A DNA stretch of 64,000 bases from Octopus bimaculoides (GCF_001194135.2 NC_068991.1:65709136-65773135), one strand, 5' to 3'; counted from the stretch's first letter, positions 1-12,030 are shown. Numbers and translations: made by a program. Notes: generated from the sequence alone by a model not told the origin.

Positions 1-74
1 ATATATATATATATATAAGAGAGAAAAAGATAAAGAGACCAATGGCAAAGTTAGAAATATATTTTATGGATAAA

Positions 75-123
75 GTCTTACAGCTGTTTCAGGGAAAATC
101 CAATGTATCCCTTCATCGGAGAT
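75..123 (-). ncRNA. Minimal type I hammerhead ribozyme, core variant CCGAUGA, probably a Penelope-like element terminus
   Basis: Minus strand reads atct-CCGATGA-aggga[tacattggattt]tccct-GAAA-c-agct-g-TA-agac. It has a 5-bp stem II, a palindromic stem III (acagctgt), a GUA cleavage triplet and a 3-bp stem I (tct/aga). U4 is replaced by C. Confidence 0.7.
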
Positions 124-910
124 GGTAATAGTAGAGGAATAGATTAATAAGAGGAGATTTGTAGTAAGAAGTGAGAGCGATATATATATAAATGATCAGA
201 AGGGAATCTACTGCAAATGTACAGTTGGAATTCGAGCCATGTTCATCTCCAGTAACTTTGGATCATACTTGTATCTCAAATAGTTTTACTCGGCAATTTT
301 GTATTCCCTGTAGCCTAAAAGAATATCTATCCTTAGTAAAAAAAAATACAAAGCTTCAATGATCCACAGCCATAAACCAACCACCAATTCATTCAGTGCA
401 TGACCTAGTATGATTTTCAACCCCCAAAAATATTACAAGAATAATAAATCAAATAAGATTAGTGATTAGAGACCACCATAGTTAGATTGTAACTGATACT
501 GTATTTTTGAAATTGCATTTGATTTGTATTCCGATATCAAATTATATGTAGCATCTTCACAAAACAACAAATAACACATTTACTCATGAAGACTAGTAGT
601 AATTAGTTAAAGTAAACATGTTGATTTACATAATACTGTATAATAGTGACTTTTTGTAGTTAGGAAAAAAAAATCAATATGTGCGTGAAGTAGCAATAGA
701 TTTTTATTTGCCATTCCTAACATGTCAGCGTCCTAATTTTACAAGATTGTCTGTCCATCAAGAATTAAAAATGTAAAAAGAAAAGTGTTACAGAGTGGGG
801 GAAAATATTACAGAATATATGTGTTGCTAATAAAATATTTCTTAAATAAACAAGACAGAGGGAAAGGCTCTTGACAAACGACAGAATTGAGTTAAATACT
901 TTTAATATTA

Positions 911-985
911 CAAGTTAACCTATTTCTTAATATCACAAGTTAAACTGCTTTTTATATCACAAATTAAACTGCTTTTAATATCTAG
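911..985. repeat. Short degenerate tandem repeat, ~24-25 bp x3
   Basis: aagttaacctatttcttaatatcac / aagttaaactgctttttatatcac / aaattaaactgcttttaatatc. Confidence 0.6.
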
Positions 986-1866
986 CAATGATATAGCAGT
1001 AAACAGCCAGAAAACAAAGCAACAGATAAAATGCCTTGTGATAGTTATGGTGCTGTACATTCAGAGTTCAAATCCTAATGGGATCAACTTCGTCTTTTAT
1101 CCTTCTAAGTACCAGGGGAGAAAAGCAATACAATCGAACAAGTATACCTCTCCAAATTTAAGACCATATGCCTATGTTAGAAATCAATATCTAGCAATCA
1201 CTTTTATGGAGATGCATTAAATCAAAGGACAATTTAAACCAAGTTGAACATGACCAAACTTCTGACAAATATTGCAATATAAAATGAGTCACACAGACAA
1301 TAACTTTATCAAACTCTATTTTACACAGATGGTCTAGTTCAGTAAAATTGTCACGGAACCAGACTATGAGTTACATACAAAGTCTAAATTATAAGCTTTA
1401 TGAAACCAATGACAACAATCTATATAGATCGTCTAAATTCAGTATCTTTACCATTAAAGCAAGGAATATGAAAATTATGTGTTCAATAATATTCAGTAAT
1501 ATTCATTCTTAAATATATACACAGACACACACAATAATGTATATAGGAAAATAAAGAATAAGGCAGAATGCTAAACTGGAAGCATATTTTAATAAAGATT
1601 TCTAACCGGCTTTCATTGCAAAGCAAATTTTCAAGAAGGAGAATGAAAATGTTTTTTACAAAGAATTACAAAATGAAGAAAATAATATATAAAAAAATAA
1701 ATACACCAATACATTATATTGTCTTTGAGCTTTTGAAGTTCAATGGTAGTCCATGTATATAATGGTTGGAAAAATAAGGATGCATGAGAATTGAGAGTTG
1801 TGTTAGGTTTAAAAAAGGGTTAAAAGTTTGTGTTAAGCAGGAAGTGTGGTGTCAAAACAGGAAGTG

Positions 1867-2427
1867 NNNNNNNNNNNNNNNNNNNNNNNNNNNNNNNNNN
1901 NNNNNNNNNNNNNNNNNNNNNNNNNNNNNNNNNNNNNNNNNNNNNNNNNNNNNNNNNNNNNNNNNNNNNNNNNNNNNNNNNNNNNNNNNNNNNNNNNNNN
2001 NNNNNNNNNNNNNNNNNNNNNNNNNNNNNNNNNNNNNNNNNNNNNNNNNNNNNNNNNNNNNNNNNNNNNNNNNNNNNNNNNNNNNNNNNNNNNNNNNNNN
2101 NNNNNNNNNNNNNNNNNNNNNNNNNNNNNNNNNNNNNNNNNNNNNNNNNNNNNNNNNNNNNNNNNNNNNNNNNNNNNNNNNNNNNNNNNNNNNNNNNNNN
2201 NNNNNNNNNNNNNNNNNNNNNNNNNNNNNNNNNNNNNNNNNNNNNNNNNNNNNNNNNNNNNNNNNNNNNNNNNNNNNNNNNNNNNNNNNNNNNNNNNNNN
2301 NNNNNNNNNNNNNNNNNNNNNNNNNNNNNNNNNNNNNNNNNNNNNNNNNNNNNNNNNNNNNNNNNNNNNNNNNNNNNNNNNNNNNNNNNNNNNNNNNNNN
2401 NNNNNNNNNNNNNNNNNNNNNNNNNNN
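1867..2427. other. Assembly gap. Other gaps: 6001-6422, 7296-7919, 17661-17868, 28096-28105, 31049-31292, 37944-38418, 42728-42748, 46363-46567, 53835-54025
   Basis: Runs of N, mostly abutting microsatellites, homopolymers or SINEs. Confidence 1.
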
Positions 2428-2475
<48 letters not shown>

Positions 2476-2627
2476 AAGGTGGCTCATTTGCAATTTACAA
2501 CCAAGAGGCAGAAATAGAGACACCATTCAAGTGACTAAGGGCACTAATCAGCACCAGTATTACTAGAAATGAAAGTCAAAACAACTCATCATTATGACTA
2601 ACAAGGGAAGCATATGTGTGTGTGTGT

Positions 2628-3013
2628 GTGTTGTGGTAAGTAGCTTGCTTACCAACCACATGGTCCCAGGTTCAGTCCCACTGCATGGCACCTTGGGTAA
2701 GTGTCTTGTACTATAGCCTCGGGCTGACCAAAGCCTTGTGAGTGGATTTGGCAGACGGAAACTGGAAAAGGCCCATCATATATATATATGTGTGTGTGTG
2801 TATGTTTGTGTGTCCGTTTGTCTCTCCCAGCATTGCATGACAACCGATGGTGTATTTGCGTACCCGTAACTTAGCGGTTCGGCAAAAAAGACCGATAGAA
2901 TAAGTACTAGGCTTACAAAGAATAAGCTCTGGGGTCGATTTGCTCGACTATAAAGGCGGTGCTCCAGCATGGCCGCAGTCAACTGACTGAAACAAGTAAA
3001 AGAGTAAAAAGAG
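2628..3013 (+). mobile_element. tRNA-headed SINE family A, near full length
   Basis: Head tgtggtaagtagcttgcttaccaaccacatgg...ggttcagtccc, body ccttgggtaagtgtctt, internal TA/GT microsatellite, tail tgactgaaacaagtaaaagagtaaaaagag. The same layout recurs many times in the window. Confidence 0.85.
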
Positions 3014-3589
3014 TATATAAAATATTAACATCCACTTTTCCATGCTCACATGCATCAGGTAGAGTTTATTAAGGTACATTTTTTACAATCAGATGCCCTT
3101 GTTGCCAACTCTCACCTGTTTCCGAGCATGGCGATATTTCCCATGGCCAGGCACGTTTTGGCAGAATACTGGAAATGAATGACATTGCAAGTATGACAGT
3201 GACATTCATTGAAAAATACTACCATGCAATGCCTGGATAAGGAGACACACTCATACATACATATAATACAGGCTTCTTTTAGTTTCTGTCTACCTAGGTA
3301 CTTATTTTATTGCTCCCACTAAATCCTAAACACAGCCGACTTCAGCAAATTTAAACCCAGATTGTGAAAGAATGTAACTAAATACTGCAGAATGTTTTAC
3401 TCTGCACTTTACCAATTCTGCCAATATCAATAATAAAGTATAACAATATAGAAACAGAATCCACAAAACTTTGGCAAAAGAAATCAATAGTATTCCCATT
3501 CACATATAGTGCACTTAGTTAATAATGTGTAATAATAATAAAGTTCTATAGTTGTTGCTGTTTAGCTCCAGGTTTAATCTTGATTCATT

Positions 3590-3965
3590 ATATTGTATCT
3601 TTTACTGGACTATGGCTATGCTGGGGGGATATGGTCTTGAAAGGTTTTAGTCGAACAAATTGCCCTCAGTACTTATGCTTTTTTCAAAGTCTTGTATTCA
3701 TTTTATTGTTCTCTTTTGCTGAACTGTGAAGTTATGTGGGTCTAAACAAAGCAATAACCACTTGTCAAGTGTCAGGTGGGATGGACACGGACACACACAC
3801 AACAGGTTTCCATGCAGTTCCTGTCTACAAAATTCATTCACAAGGTATTGGCTGGCTCAGAATTAAAGCAGAAGATACATGCCCAAGGTGCTGTGCAATA
3901 GTACTGAACCTGAAACCACACAGTTGCAAAGCAAGCTTCTTACCAACACAGCCATGTCTGTGCCT
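3590..3965 (-). mobile_element. SINE family A, degenerate copy. Similar minus copies at ~20360-20670, 24575-25010, 48468-49080 and 52725-53095
   Basis: Reverse complement of the family A head, body and tail. Confidence 0.7.
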
Positions 3966-4265
3966 ACAATAAATTGTTTGTAATGTTTCCCGATCTGTTG
4001 TCTGTGTAACAAATAAATTATCGTCATCATCATCATCTCACGATAATGGGCATTATGTCCGTCTGTCTGTGCCCTCTTCAGGGTCAAACGGCTGGACCAA
4101 AGGCCACAATGTTTTTCGGGGTTACGAAGGACATAATTAGGAAAAAAGGTGAAAATTTTTTTGTTAAAATTCCAGCTACAAGGATTAACTCTGGATTCCT
4201 CCCACCCACCCCCATATAGTCCATGAATATAGAGGGTTTAGATTTGCAATACTATCCCTTTATCT

Positions 4266-4927
4266 CCCATCATAGATGGGCAGATTCCTAAAAATTCCGC
4301 TCATGCATTCACAGCAAACAAGGCACAGGGCCAGGCTTTAGATCATGTAGGTATATTTTTACCCACTCCAATGTTTACATACGGTCAGTTGTCCATTGCT
4401 ATGAGTAGAGTAATGGACTCCAGCAACTTGAAAATTAGTGTCGACCAAACAGAAAATATCGTCTACAAAGTAGTTTTGTAATAATATTGATATTATCGAA
4501 AGGAATATGATTTATAATTTAAATAAGGAAATTTGTGAACTTTGAATCTATAAGAGTATAAACAGTGTAAAATAGTGTAAACAACTAAAATAAAAGTATA
4601 TCTAAATAACATTTTTTTCCTAATACTTTTTATGTAGGGGTCAAAGGAAGATCTGACTTTCGTTAGGAGAGGTTCACATAACCATTCATGATACAGAGGT
4701 CGGGAGCTTATTTCAGTTTGGGAGTGAATCGTCATCACATGTCACTTAGTCACAAACACATGTTGTATAGCTGCAACAGAATGCTGTATCACCAATAATA
4801 ATGTGATTTCTCCAAGACATCACCCAGTAATCTATCAAGTCCATTTACACATTTCTCAATACATACTGCTGTTATGATTTCCCTCCCTTATTTTATGCTT
4901 CCATCGTAGATGGGTAGATTTGTTAGT
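4266..4927 (+). mobile_element. Helitron 3' remnant with subterminal hairpin(s)
   Basis: The helicase C-terminus is followed ~420 bp later by hairpin tccatc-gta-gatggg (4900-4914) and tagatttgTTAG|t, a CTAG-like end. A homologous hairpin cccatc-ata-gatggg lies at 4266-4280. Confidence 0.6.
4299..4481 (+). pseudogene. Helitron RepHel PIF1-type helicase C-terminal remnant
   Basis: In-frame AHAFTANKAQGQALDHVGIFLPTPMFTYGQLSIAMSRVMDSSNLKISVDQTENIVYKVVL*. This matches helicase motifs V/VI of Helitron RepHel (A.A.TINKSQGQTL..VG..LP..VF.HGQLYVA.SRV...T.NIVYKEVL*). Confidence 0.85.
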
Positions 4928-5276
4928 CATACTAATTGCATTATAATTACTAACTTTGTAAGGGTGGGAGTATAGCAGATTGAATCAACATCTGCATATA
5001 ACTAGCAATTACAAAATAGGAGCGCTAAACAGTGATATGTATTTGAATAGGTAATAACATTGCATAACTAACAATGTAGTTCAAGATACTCAATAACCAA
5101 CAGAAGATGGGATGGTCATAGCTCGAATGCCTATACTGGTAATTATTTTCTCAAGCTAAAAGCATAAAACACAATGTCAAATTCACAGAAATTTAAACTC
5201 AAAAAAAAAAGTGCTATAATGCAAACACATTTAAAACAATATATGTTCCTTAACATTTCTGCCACTCTAGTATAAA

Positions 5277-6000
5277 ATAAGAATAATCCTTTTTACTATA
5301 GGCACAAGGCCTGAAATTTGAGGGGAGGGGGCTAGTCGATTATATCGACCCTTGTGTTCAACTGGTACTTATTTCATTGAATCCAAAAGGATGAAAGGCA
5401 ATGTTGATCTAAGTAGAATTTGAACTGAGAACATGTAGATAGACAAAATGCTACCAAGCATTTTGAGCATTTTGTCCAGCATGCTAATGATTTAGCCAGA
5501 TTGCCACCTTAATAATAATTCTTTCTACTATAGGCACAAGGCCAGATTATATTGACCCCAGTGCTCAACTGGTACTTGTTTTATTGACCACAAATGAGAG
5601 GCAGAGTCAGCTTTGGTAGAATTTGAACTCAGAATGTAAAGAGGCAATAAAAATGCTGCTAAGTATTTTTCTCAATGTGCTAATGATTCTACCAGTTTGC
5701 AGTCTTAATAACAATAATTCTTTCTAATTTTGGTACAAGGCCAGCAATTTTCAGGGCAGGGGGCAAGTCTATTACATTGACCTCAGTACTTTGCTGATAG
5801 TTTATTTTATCAATCCTGAAAGAATGAAAGGCAAAGTCATCTTTAGCAGAATTTAAACTTAGAACAAGGTGCAGGAAGAGATACTGCTTAGCATTTTGTC
5901 TGATACGGTAACAATTCTGCAAGCTTGCTACCTTAATAATAATAATAATAATAATAATGGTTTCAAATTTTGGAACAAGGCCAACAATGTCAGGGGAGGG
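5277..6000 (-). mobile_element. Head-to-tail array of 3-4 degenerate family C SINEs with (ATT)n tails
   Basis: Repeated units on plus: aataat-cct...ggcacaaggcc...gtacttatt...gatgaaaggcaa...gaatttgaactcagaa...gctaagcatttt...gccacctt-aataat. Confidence 0.8.
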
Positions 6001-6522
6001 NNNNNNNNNNNNNNNNNNNNNNNNNNNNNNNNNNNNNNNNNNNNNNNNNNNNNNNNNNNNNNNNNNNNNNNNNNNNNNNNNNNNNNNNNNNNNNNNNNNN
6101 NNNNNNNNNNNNNNNNNNNNNNNNNNNNNNNNNNNNNNNNNNNNNNNNNNNNNNNNNNNNNNNNNNNNNNNNNNNNNNNNNNNNNNNNNNNNNNNNNNNN
6201 NNNNNNNNNNNNNNNNNNNNNNNNNNNNNNNNNNNNNNNNNNNNNNNNNNNNNNNNNNNNNNNNNNNNNNNNNNNNNNNNNNNNNNNNNNNNNNNNNNNN
6301 NNNNNNNNNNNNNNNNNNNNNNNNNNNNNNNNNNNNNNNNNNNNNNNNNNNNNNNNNNNNNNNNNNNNNNNNNNNNNNNNNNNNNNNNNNNNNNNNNNNN
6401 NNNNNNNNNNNNNNNNNNNNNNAATGAATGCAGCTAAATTTTGCACTGAATTTTGTTCAATCACTATGAATATGTGTTTCCACAACCCTATTTATAATAA
6501 CAATAATGATTTAAAGTATGCA

Positions 6523-6700
6523 TGTAGGTGCAGATATGGTTGTGTGGTTAAGAAGCTTGCTTTGCAACCACATGGTTTTGAGTTCAGTCTCATTTTGTGG
6601 CACCTTGGACAGATGTCTTCTGCTATAGCCCTCGAGCAACCAATGCCTTTGTGTGTGAATTTACTTGACAAAAACTGTAAGGAACCCTGTTGCATGTATA

Positions 6701-6739
<39 letters not shown>

Positions 6740-7295
6740 ATCTGTCCCCCAAGACTGGTTAACAAACAGTGTTGGTTTGTTTAGATCCCTATAACTGAGC
6801 AGTTCGGCAAAAGAAACTGACAATAAGTACTGGAATTGATTTGTTCAACTAAACCCTTCAAGGTAGTGCACCCCGCATGACTGCAATCCAATGACTAAAA
6901 CAGATTATTAAAGATAAAAGCACAGGCAAAGCTGTGTGGTAAGAAGTTTGCTTCCCAACCACATGGTTCCAGGTTCAATCCCACTGCATACCACCTTGGG
7001 CAAGTGTCTTCTACTACAGCCTTGCACTGACCAAAGCTGTGTGAATGGATTTGGTAAGGGGGAAACTGAAAGAAGCCTGTCATATATGTGGGTGCGTGTG
7101 TCTTTGAATGTCAAGTAGTTGTGGGGGACAAACACTGATACAGTGTTGGTGTGTTTACGTTCTTGTAACTTAGCAGTTCAGCAAAGAACCAGGCTTAAAA
7201 AAAAATATATGTACTGGGGTAGATTCACTACTAAAAATTCAAGGCAATGCCCTAGCATGGCCACACACTGACTGAAGCAAGTAAAAGATAAAAGA
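6523..7295 (+). mobile_element. Two adjacent degenerate family A SINEs (~6523-6905 and ~6922-7295)
   Basis: Each has the head, the gcaagtgtctt-type body and a tgact...aaaagataaaag tail. Confidence 0.75.
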
Positions 7296-8238
7296 NNNNN
7301 NNNNNNNNNNNNNNNNNNNNNNNNNNNNNNNNNNNNNNNNNNNNNNNNNNNNNNNNNNNNNNNNNNNNNNNNNNNNNNNNNNNNNNNNNNNNNNNNNNNN
7401 NNNNNNNNNNNNNNNNNNNNNNNNNNNNNNNNNNNNNNNNNNNNNNNNNNNNNNNNNNNNNNNNNNNNNNNNNNNNNNNNNNNNNNNNNNNNNNNNNNNN
7501 NNNNNNNNNNNNNNNNNNNNNNNNNNNNNNNNNNNNNNNNNNNNNNNNNNNNNNNNNNNNNNNNNNNNNNNNNNNNNNNNNNNNNNNNNNNNNNNNNNNN
7601 NNNNNNNNNNNNNNNNNNNNNNNNNNNNNNNNNNNNNNNNNNNNNNNNNNNNNNNNNNNNNNNNNNNNNNNNNNNNNNNNNNNNNNNNNNNNNNNNNNNN
7701 NNNNNNNNNNNNNNNNNNNNNNNNNNNNNNNNNNNNNNNNNNNNNNNNNNNNNNNNNNNNNNNNNNNNNNNNNNNNNNNNNNNNNNNNNNNNNNNNNNNN
7801 NNNNNNNNNNNNNNNNNNNNNNNNNNNNNNNNNNNNNNNNNNNNNNNNNNNNNNNNNNNNNNNNNNNNNNNNNNNNNNNNNNNNNNNNNNNNNNNNNNNN
7901 NNNNNNNNNNNNNNNNNNNAAACAATTCTGCCAAAATACTGCTCGAGAAAAGAAAATATTGAGACTGAATAGAACGTCAACATTGTTGTAAGGTCTACTT
8001 TTCCATGCTTGCAATGGGTCAGGCAGAATTTGTTGAAACAGACTTTTTAATGGCTGGATGCTCTTCCTGTCGCCAGCCCTCACCTGTTTCCAAGCAAGGT
8101 AATATTTCTCTATAGCCAGTCATGTTTTCATGGCAGGTTGGAAATAGAGGACACTACTTGTATAATGATGATCCTCATTTACAACTACCATACAATGTCA
8201 AGACATGGAGACACAAATACACACATATATACATATTA

Positions 8239-8276
<38 letters not shown>

Positions 8277-10117
8277 ACATGCACAACAAGTTTCTTTTAG
8301 TTTCCATCTACCAAATCCATTCATAAGACTTTGGTCAGCCTGAGGCTATAATACAAGATATCTGCCCAGTGTTCCATGCAGCAGGATTACAAAAACCATG
8401 TGGTTGAGAAACAAACTTCTCAACCACACTTTTTTTGTTTTTGTCTCTTTAGTCTGAAAGCTGTAGGAGAGCAGTAGTGTTCCCTTGGATAAGAAGCTAA
8501 CCTCTTATGTGAAGAGTTACGAGTTTCTTGGATAACAGAGTGAATACAATGTCAAAGATACCAAAACAGATGCATGACAAAGAGAGCAAGTTAAAAGAGA
8601 TGGAGGGGGGGGAGTGAGAGTAATGAGTTGGTATGGAGTTTGACAAAGATTAATGGTTTATGGTAACAAGTTTGAATGACGATACACAGGAAAATTGATG
8701 CACACCAAACAAAAACTGATTATCTTGAAAAATAGTGACACCACATGTAGGCTTACGACTAAGATGGGAAATAAAGAAGGGGAAGAGTGTGATTGCGAGT
8801 CCAATGTAGATAAATAGTGTGCGGAGAGAGAGAGAGAGAGAGAGAGGAAAAGGCAGATGTTAAGTTTAAGAACATTGAACATATGAAAAAGTTTCAATAA
8901 ACAGATTATTTTAAACTTTCACTAAAACTATAAGAACTAATACTGAACTACTTTCAGTAGTAAGCTACTTAATATTTTTATCATCTCTGTCATAGCATTA
9001 AAGCCTTTGTCTTGATATTTTCCTGTGTCACATTCCTAGCAACAACATCAGTTAATTCCTCTCCAGACTTACATTAGACTAATAGTTATACTGTCAGGTT
9101 AACAGAGATTTTTTATTTTATATAAGAATATAAAAACATCATTGAAAGTGAAGTGTCAACTGTCTCGGCAAACTAGAAGGCTGTGTATAGGACTACTAAT
9201 CCATATTTCTTGAATTTAAGACAAAACCCATTTACACACAAAAAAAAAAAAATGCATTATAAAACATTAAATATATAATATGTAAACAAAGTGTTTATAA
9301 TTTGTTAAACTTAGACTTATTACATAACAAAATATTACTTAAAACTTGCTGTATCGTAGTATATGTAGTTTGTGATAGGAAGAACATCCAGTTGTAAGAG
9401 TCACATCGATAAGGACAGAACAAATGGACACAATACTGGCTAGAGGAGATTCTTGAGTTTTGTCAGGAACAACTTTTCTAGTGCTGGTGGCACAATACAA
9501 TGCACCTATTTGACATTGTAAGGTATCCAGCATGGAAACCATGCCAAAATATTAAGATATGCAACAGAGTTTGCTAGTTTTTCTCTATTCTGTGCCTGCC
9601 ACATGATGAAGGTAGCAAGTGAGATACTGTTACATCTGTCCAACTCTTACCAGCATAAAAAACAAATTAGAACGATGAAACTTACTATAATGTTATTTTC
9701 ATACCACTCACTCAAAAAATCCCCACCACCACATATACTTTATTGAAGGGGCATTTTTCTGTTCATTTTCTGTCTTGCAAGTTACTTGGTAACCATACCA
9801 GAGTCAGTGACAGAAAAAGAAAAAAAAGTCCTCAGTACACACTGAAGTGATTGGCATTAGGAAGGGCATCCAGCTGTAGAAAACATACCAAAGCTGACAC
9901 TAGAGTTTGACACAGCCCAGCAGGCTTGTCGGATCCCATCAAAATGTCCAACTTATGCCAGCCTGGAAAATAAATGATGTATAATAACTTGTATATATCA
10001 TTTATATAAGGATTTTATTTTGTAGTTATTGAAATGAGAATGTATTAGATGACCAGGAATGCTTCTGACAAGGAATTCAAAGGGGTCTGTAGCTGCACAG
10101 TTTGTTCTTGTCAGCTC

Positions 10118-10338
10118 TCAAACTGGTACATCATCATCTGCAGTAGTAAGTATACTATTGAGCATTCCTAAGATATACATGAAAGAAAAAGTAAAAAGAA
10201 ATTTAGAAATATATTCTGACACAGTGATTCTCAAACACCAGGCCCATACATTGATCAGTATAGTGAGGGAATATGTAGATAGTGATAGTATACAGCATGC
10301 CAATCCATCAACAATTACTAAGTGGAATAAACTATAGC
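10118..10338 (-). CDS. Candidate terminal exon, hydrophobic peptide, unassigned
   Basis: Strong acceptor ttttttcttctgttttcaag|G, then an open frame YSLFHLVIVDGLACCILSLSTYSLTILINVWAWCLR...DDDVPV*. I recognise no homology. Confidence 0.15.
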
Positions 10339-10570
10339 CTTGAAAACAGAAGAAAAAATAAATAAATAAAAACGAACTGACAATATGACAAGAACAACAG
10401 AACAAAAATAAAAATCATCTGAATACTAAAAAGCTTTTCAAAGACACCAAATGCCAGAAAAATAACAAATATTCCCTATGGAAGCGTTTACTGTTTTATT
10501 CTATCTACAACCTAAATCCCATACTGTCAACATGGAAATGCTGCTGGTACAATTGTCATTTGCATTAATG

Positions 10571-10710
10571 TTATTCTTCCATCGTTCTGCATAGTTCTGA
10601 AAAGTGTTTTACTGTCTCTCTCAGATTAGAATATTCCAGAGTAGTAATAATGGTTTTGATTTTGACTTGTTCACACACATACTGTCTCCTTTCTCTTCCT
10701 TCTATAGTGA
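10571..10710 (-). CDS. Candidate terminal exon, unassigned
   Basis: Acceptor atatttttatgtag|, then an open frame TIEGRERRQYVCEQVKIKTIITTLEYSNLRETVKHFSELCRTMEE*. I recognise no homology. Confidence 0.15.
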
Positions 10711-11001
10711 CTACATAAAAATATATTTCTCTGAATTATCATTAAACTGTCTCAACTCAAAGCTCATCTATCTCTCCTGCCTCCATCGTCTTCGTTGTCT
10801 GAGTACTCAAACAACCCTCAGTCTGCCCTTTTCTCTACACACATTACCGACAGATGTAAGAGCTGAACGACAAACCTAACAATCTGAGAGGGGCTTATAA
10901 TGATCATGGACACTCAACTGCTTTTGACTATTTTATAAAATAGTTAAACGTAACAGTAAAGATATTATCTTTATAGTTTTTAACTGATTATATATTCTAC
11001 C

Positions 11002-11373
11002 GTGGAGGCACAATGGCCCAGTGGTTATGGCAGCGGACTCGCGGTTTTGATTCCCAGACCGGGTGTTGTGAGTATTTATTGAGCGAAAACACCTAAAGCT
11101 CCACGAGGCTCCGGCAGGGGATGGTGTCGAACCCTGCTGTACTCTTCCACCACAACTTTCTCTCACTCTATCTTCCTGTTTCTGTTGTACCTGTAATTCA
11201 AAGGGTCAGCCTTGTCACACTGTGTCACGCTGAATATCCCCGAGAACTACGTTAAGGGTACACGTGTCAGTGGAGTGCTCAGCCACTTACACGTTAATTT
11301 CATGAGCAGGCTGTTCCGTTGATCGGATCAACTGGAACCCTTGACGTCGTAAGCGACAGAGTGCCAACAACAG
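11002..11373 (+). mobile_element. tRNA-headed SINE family B, full length with TSD
   Basis: A-box-like tggcccagtgg, B-box-like ggttttgattccc, tail gtgccaacaac. TSD tattctacc at 10993-11001 and 11374-11382. Confidence 0.9.
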
Positions 11374-11544
11374 TATTCTACCATCTTTAGGTAAAATGAT
11401 ACATGTACACATACTCTTGGACTCAGAGATATTTCTACCACAGGGATCATGGCATCATGGATAACAAGAATATTCAGCATTCTAACTAAAATCTAAATAT
11501 TAGTTCCAAGTTTAATCCTGAAAAAAGTGTGTGTATTTTTGGAT

Positions 11545-11706
11545 GTGAGAGGGACGCTTGTTGCCCAACCATGTTGTCTCAGGTTCAACCCCACTGTGTG
11601 GTACCTTGGGCAAGTGTCTTCAACTATAGCCTCAGGTCAATGAAAACCTTGTGAGTGAAGGAAACTGAAAGAAACCTAGTGTGTGTGTGTGTGTGTGTGT
11701 GTGTGC

Positions 11707-11798
<92 letters not shown>

Positions 11799-12030
11799 CC
11801 TTGTCTAGGCATCACATGGTGGCTGTAAATGAGCATTGTCAACAGCGTACAAGCAAAGGTTCTTCATTTCCAGTGCTCTGTGAGAGAAAAATATGTGGTC
11901 ATAGGGAAGTATTGCCCTACTTGGGAACTAGTGGTGGTTGGCAACAAGATGGGTAGCCAGTCATAGGAAATCTGCCACAACAAATTCTGTCTGGACCAGG
12001 AAAGCATTGAAAAGCGAACATTAAATGATG
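11545..12030 (+). mobile_element. SINE family D: family A-type head + (GT)n + RTE-LINE-type 3' tail. Other copies: plus ~21555-22010, 23710-24125, 25420-25835, 30080-30415, 38945-39315, 59770-60375; minus ~7980-8430, 27640-28005, 29480-29880, 45230-45600
   Basis: Shares the family A head and body. It then ends in ...caggaagggcatccagcc.tagaaaatctgcc...cccatgcaagcat.gaaaagtggac.ttaaa(atg)n, which resembles the LINE 3' end at 34174-34325. Confidence 0.75.
11679..11797. repeat. Long (GT)n microsatellite. Others at 21718-21784 and 50896-50972, plus many (TA)n, (GA)n and (AAT)n tracts
   Basis: Direct reading of the sequence. Confidence 0.95.

Noticed and set aside
1784-2534. Long ORFs of 100-300 aa in the track (here and at 5869, 7178, 17557, 30972, 37889, 46108, 53787)
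   Set aside because: They consist of X residues across N-gaps plus microsatellite translations.
4040-4095. CTGAAGA + gggca/tgccc stem on minus (HHR-like)
   Set aside because: No GAAA after the stem (atta), and no stems I or III.
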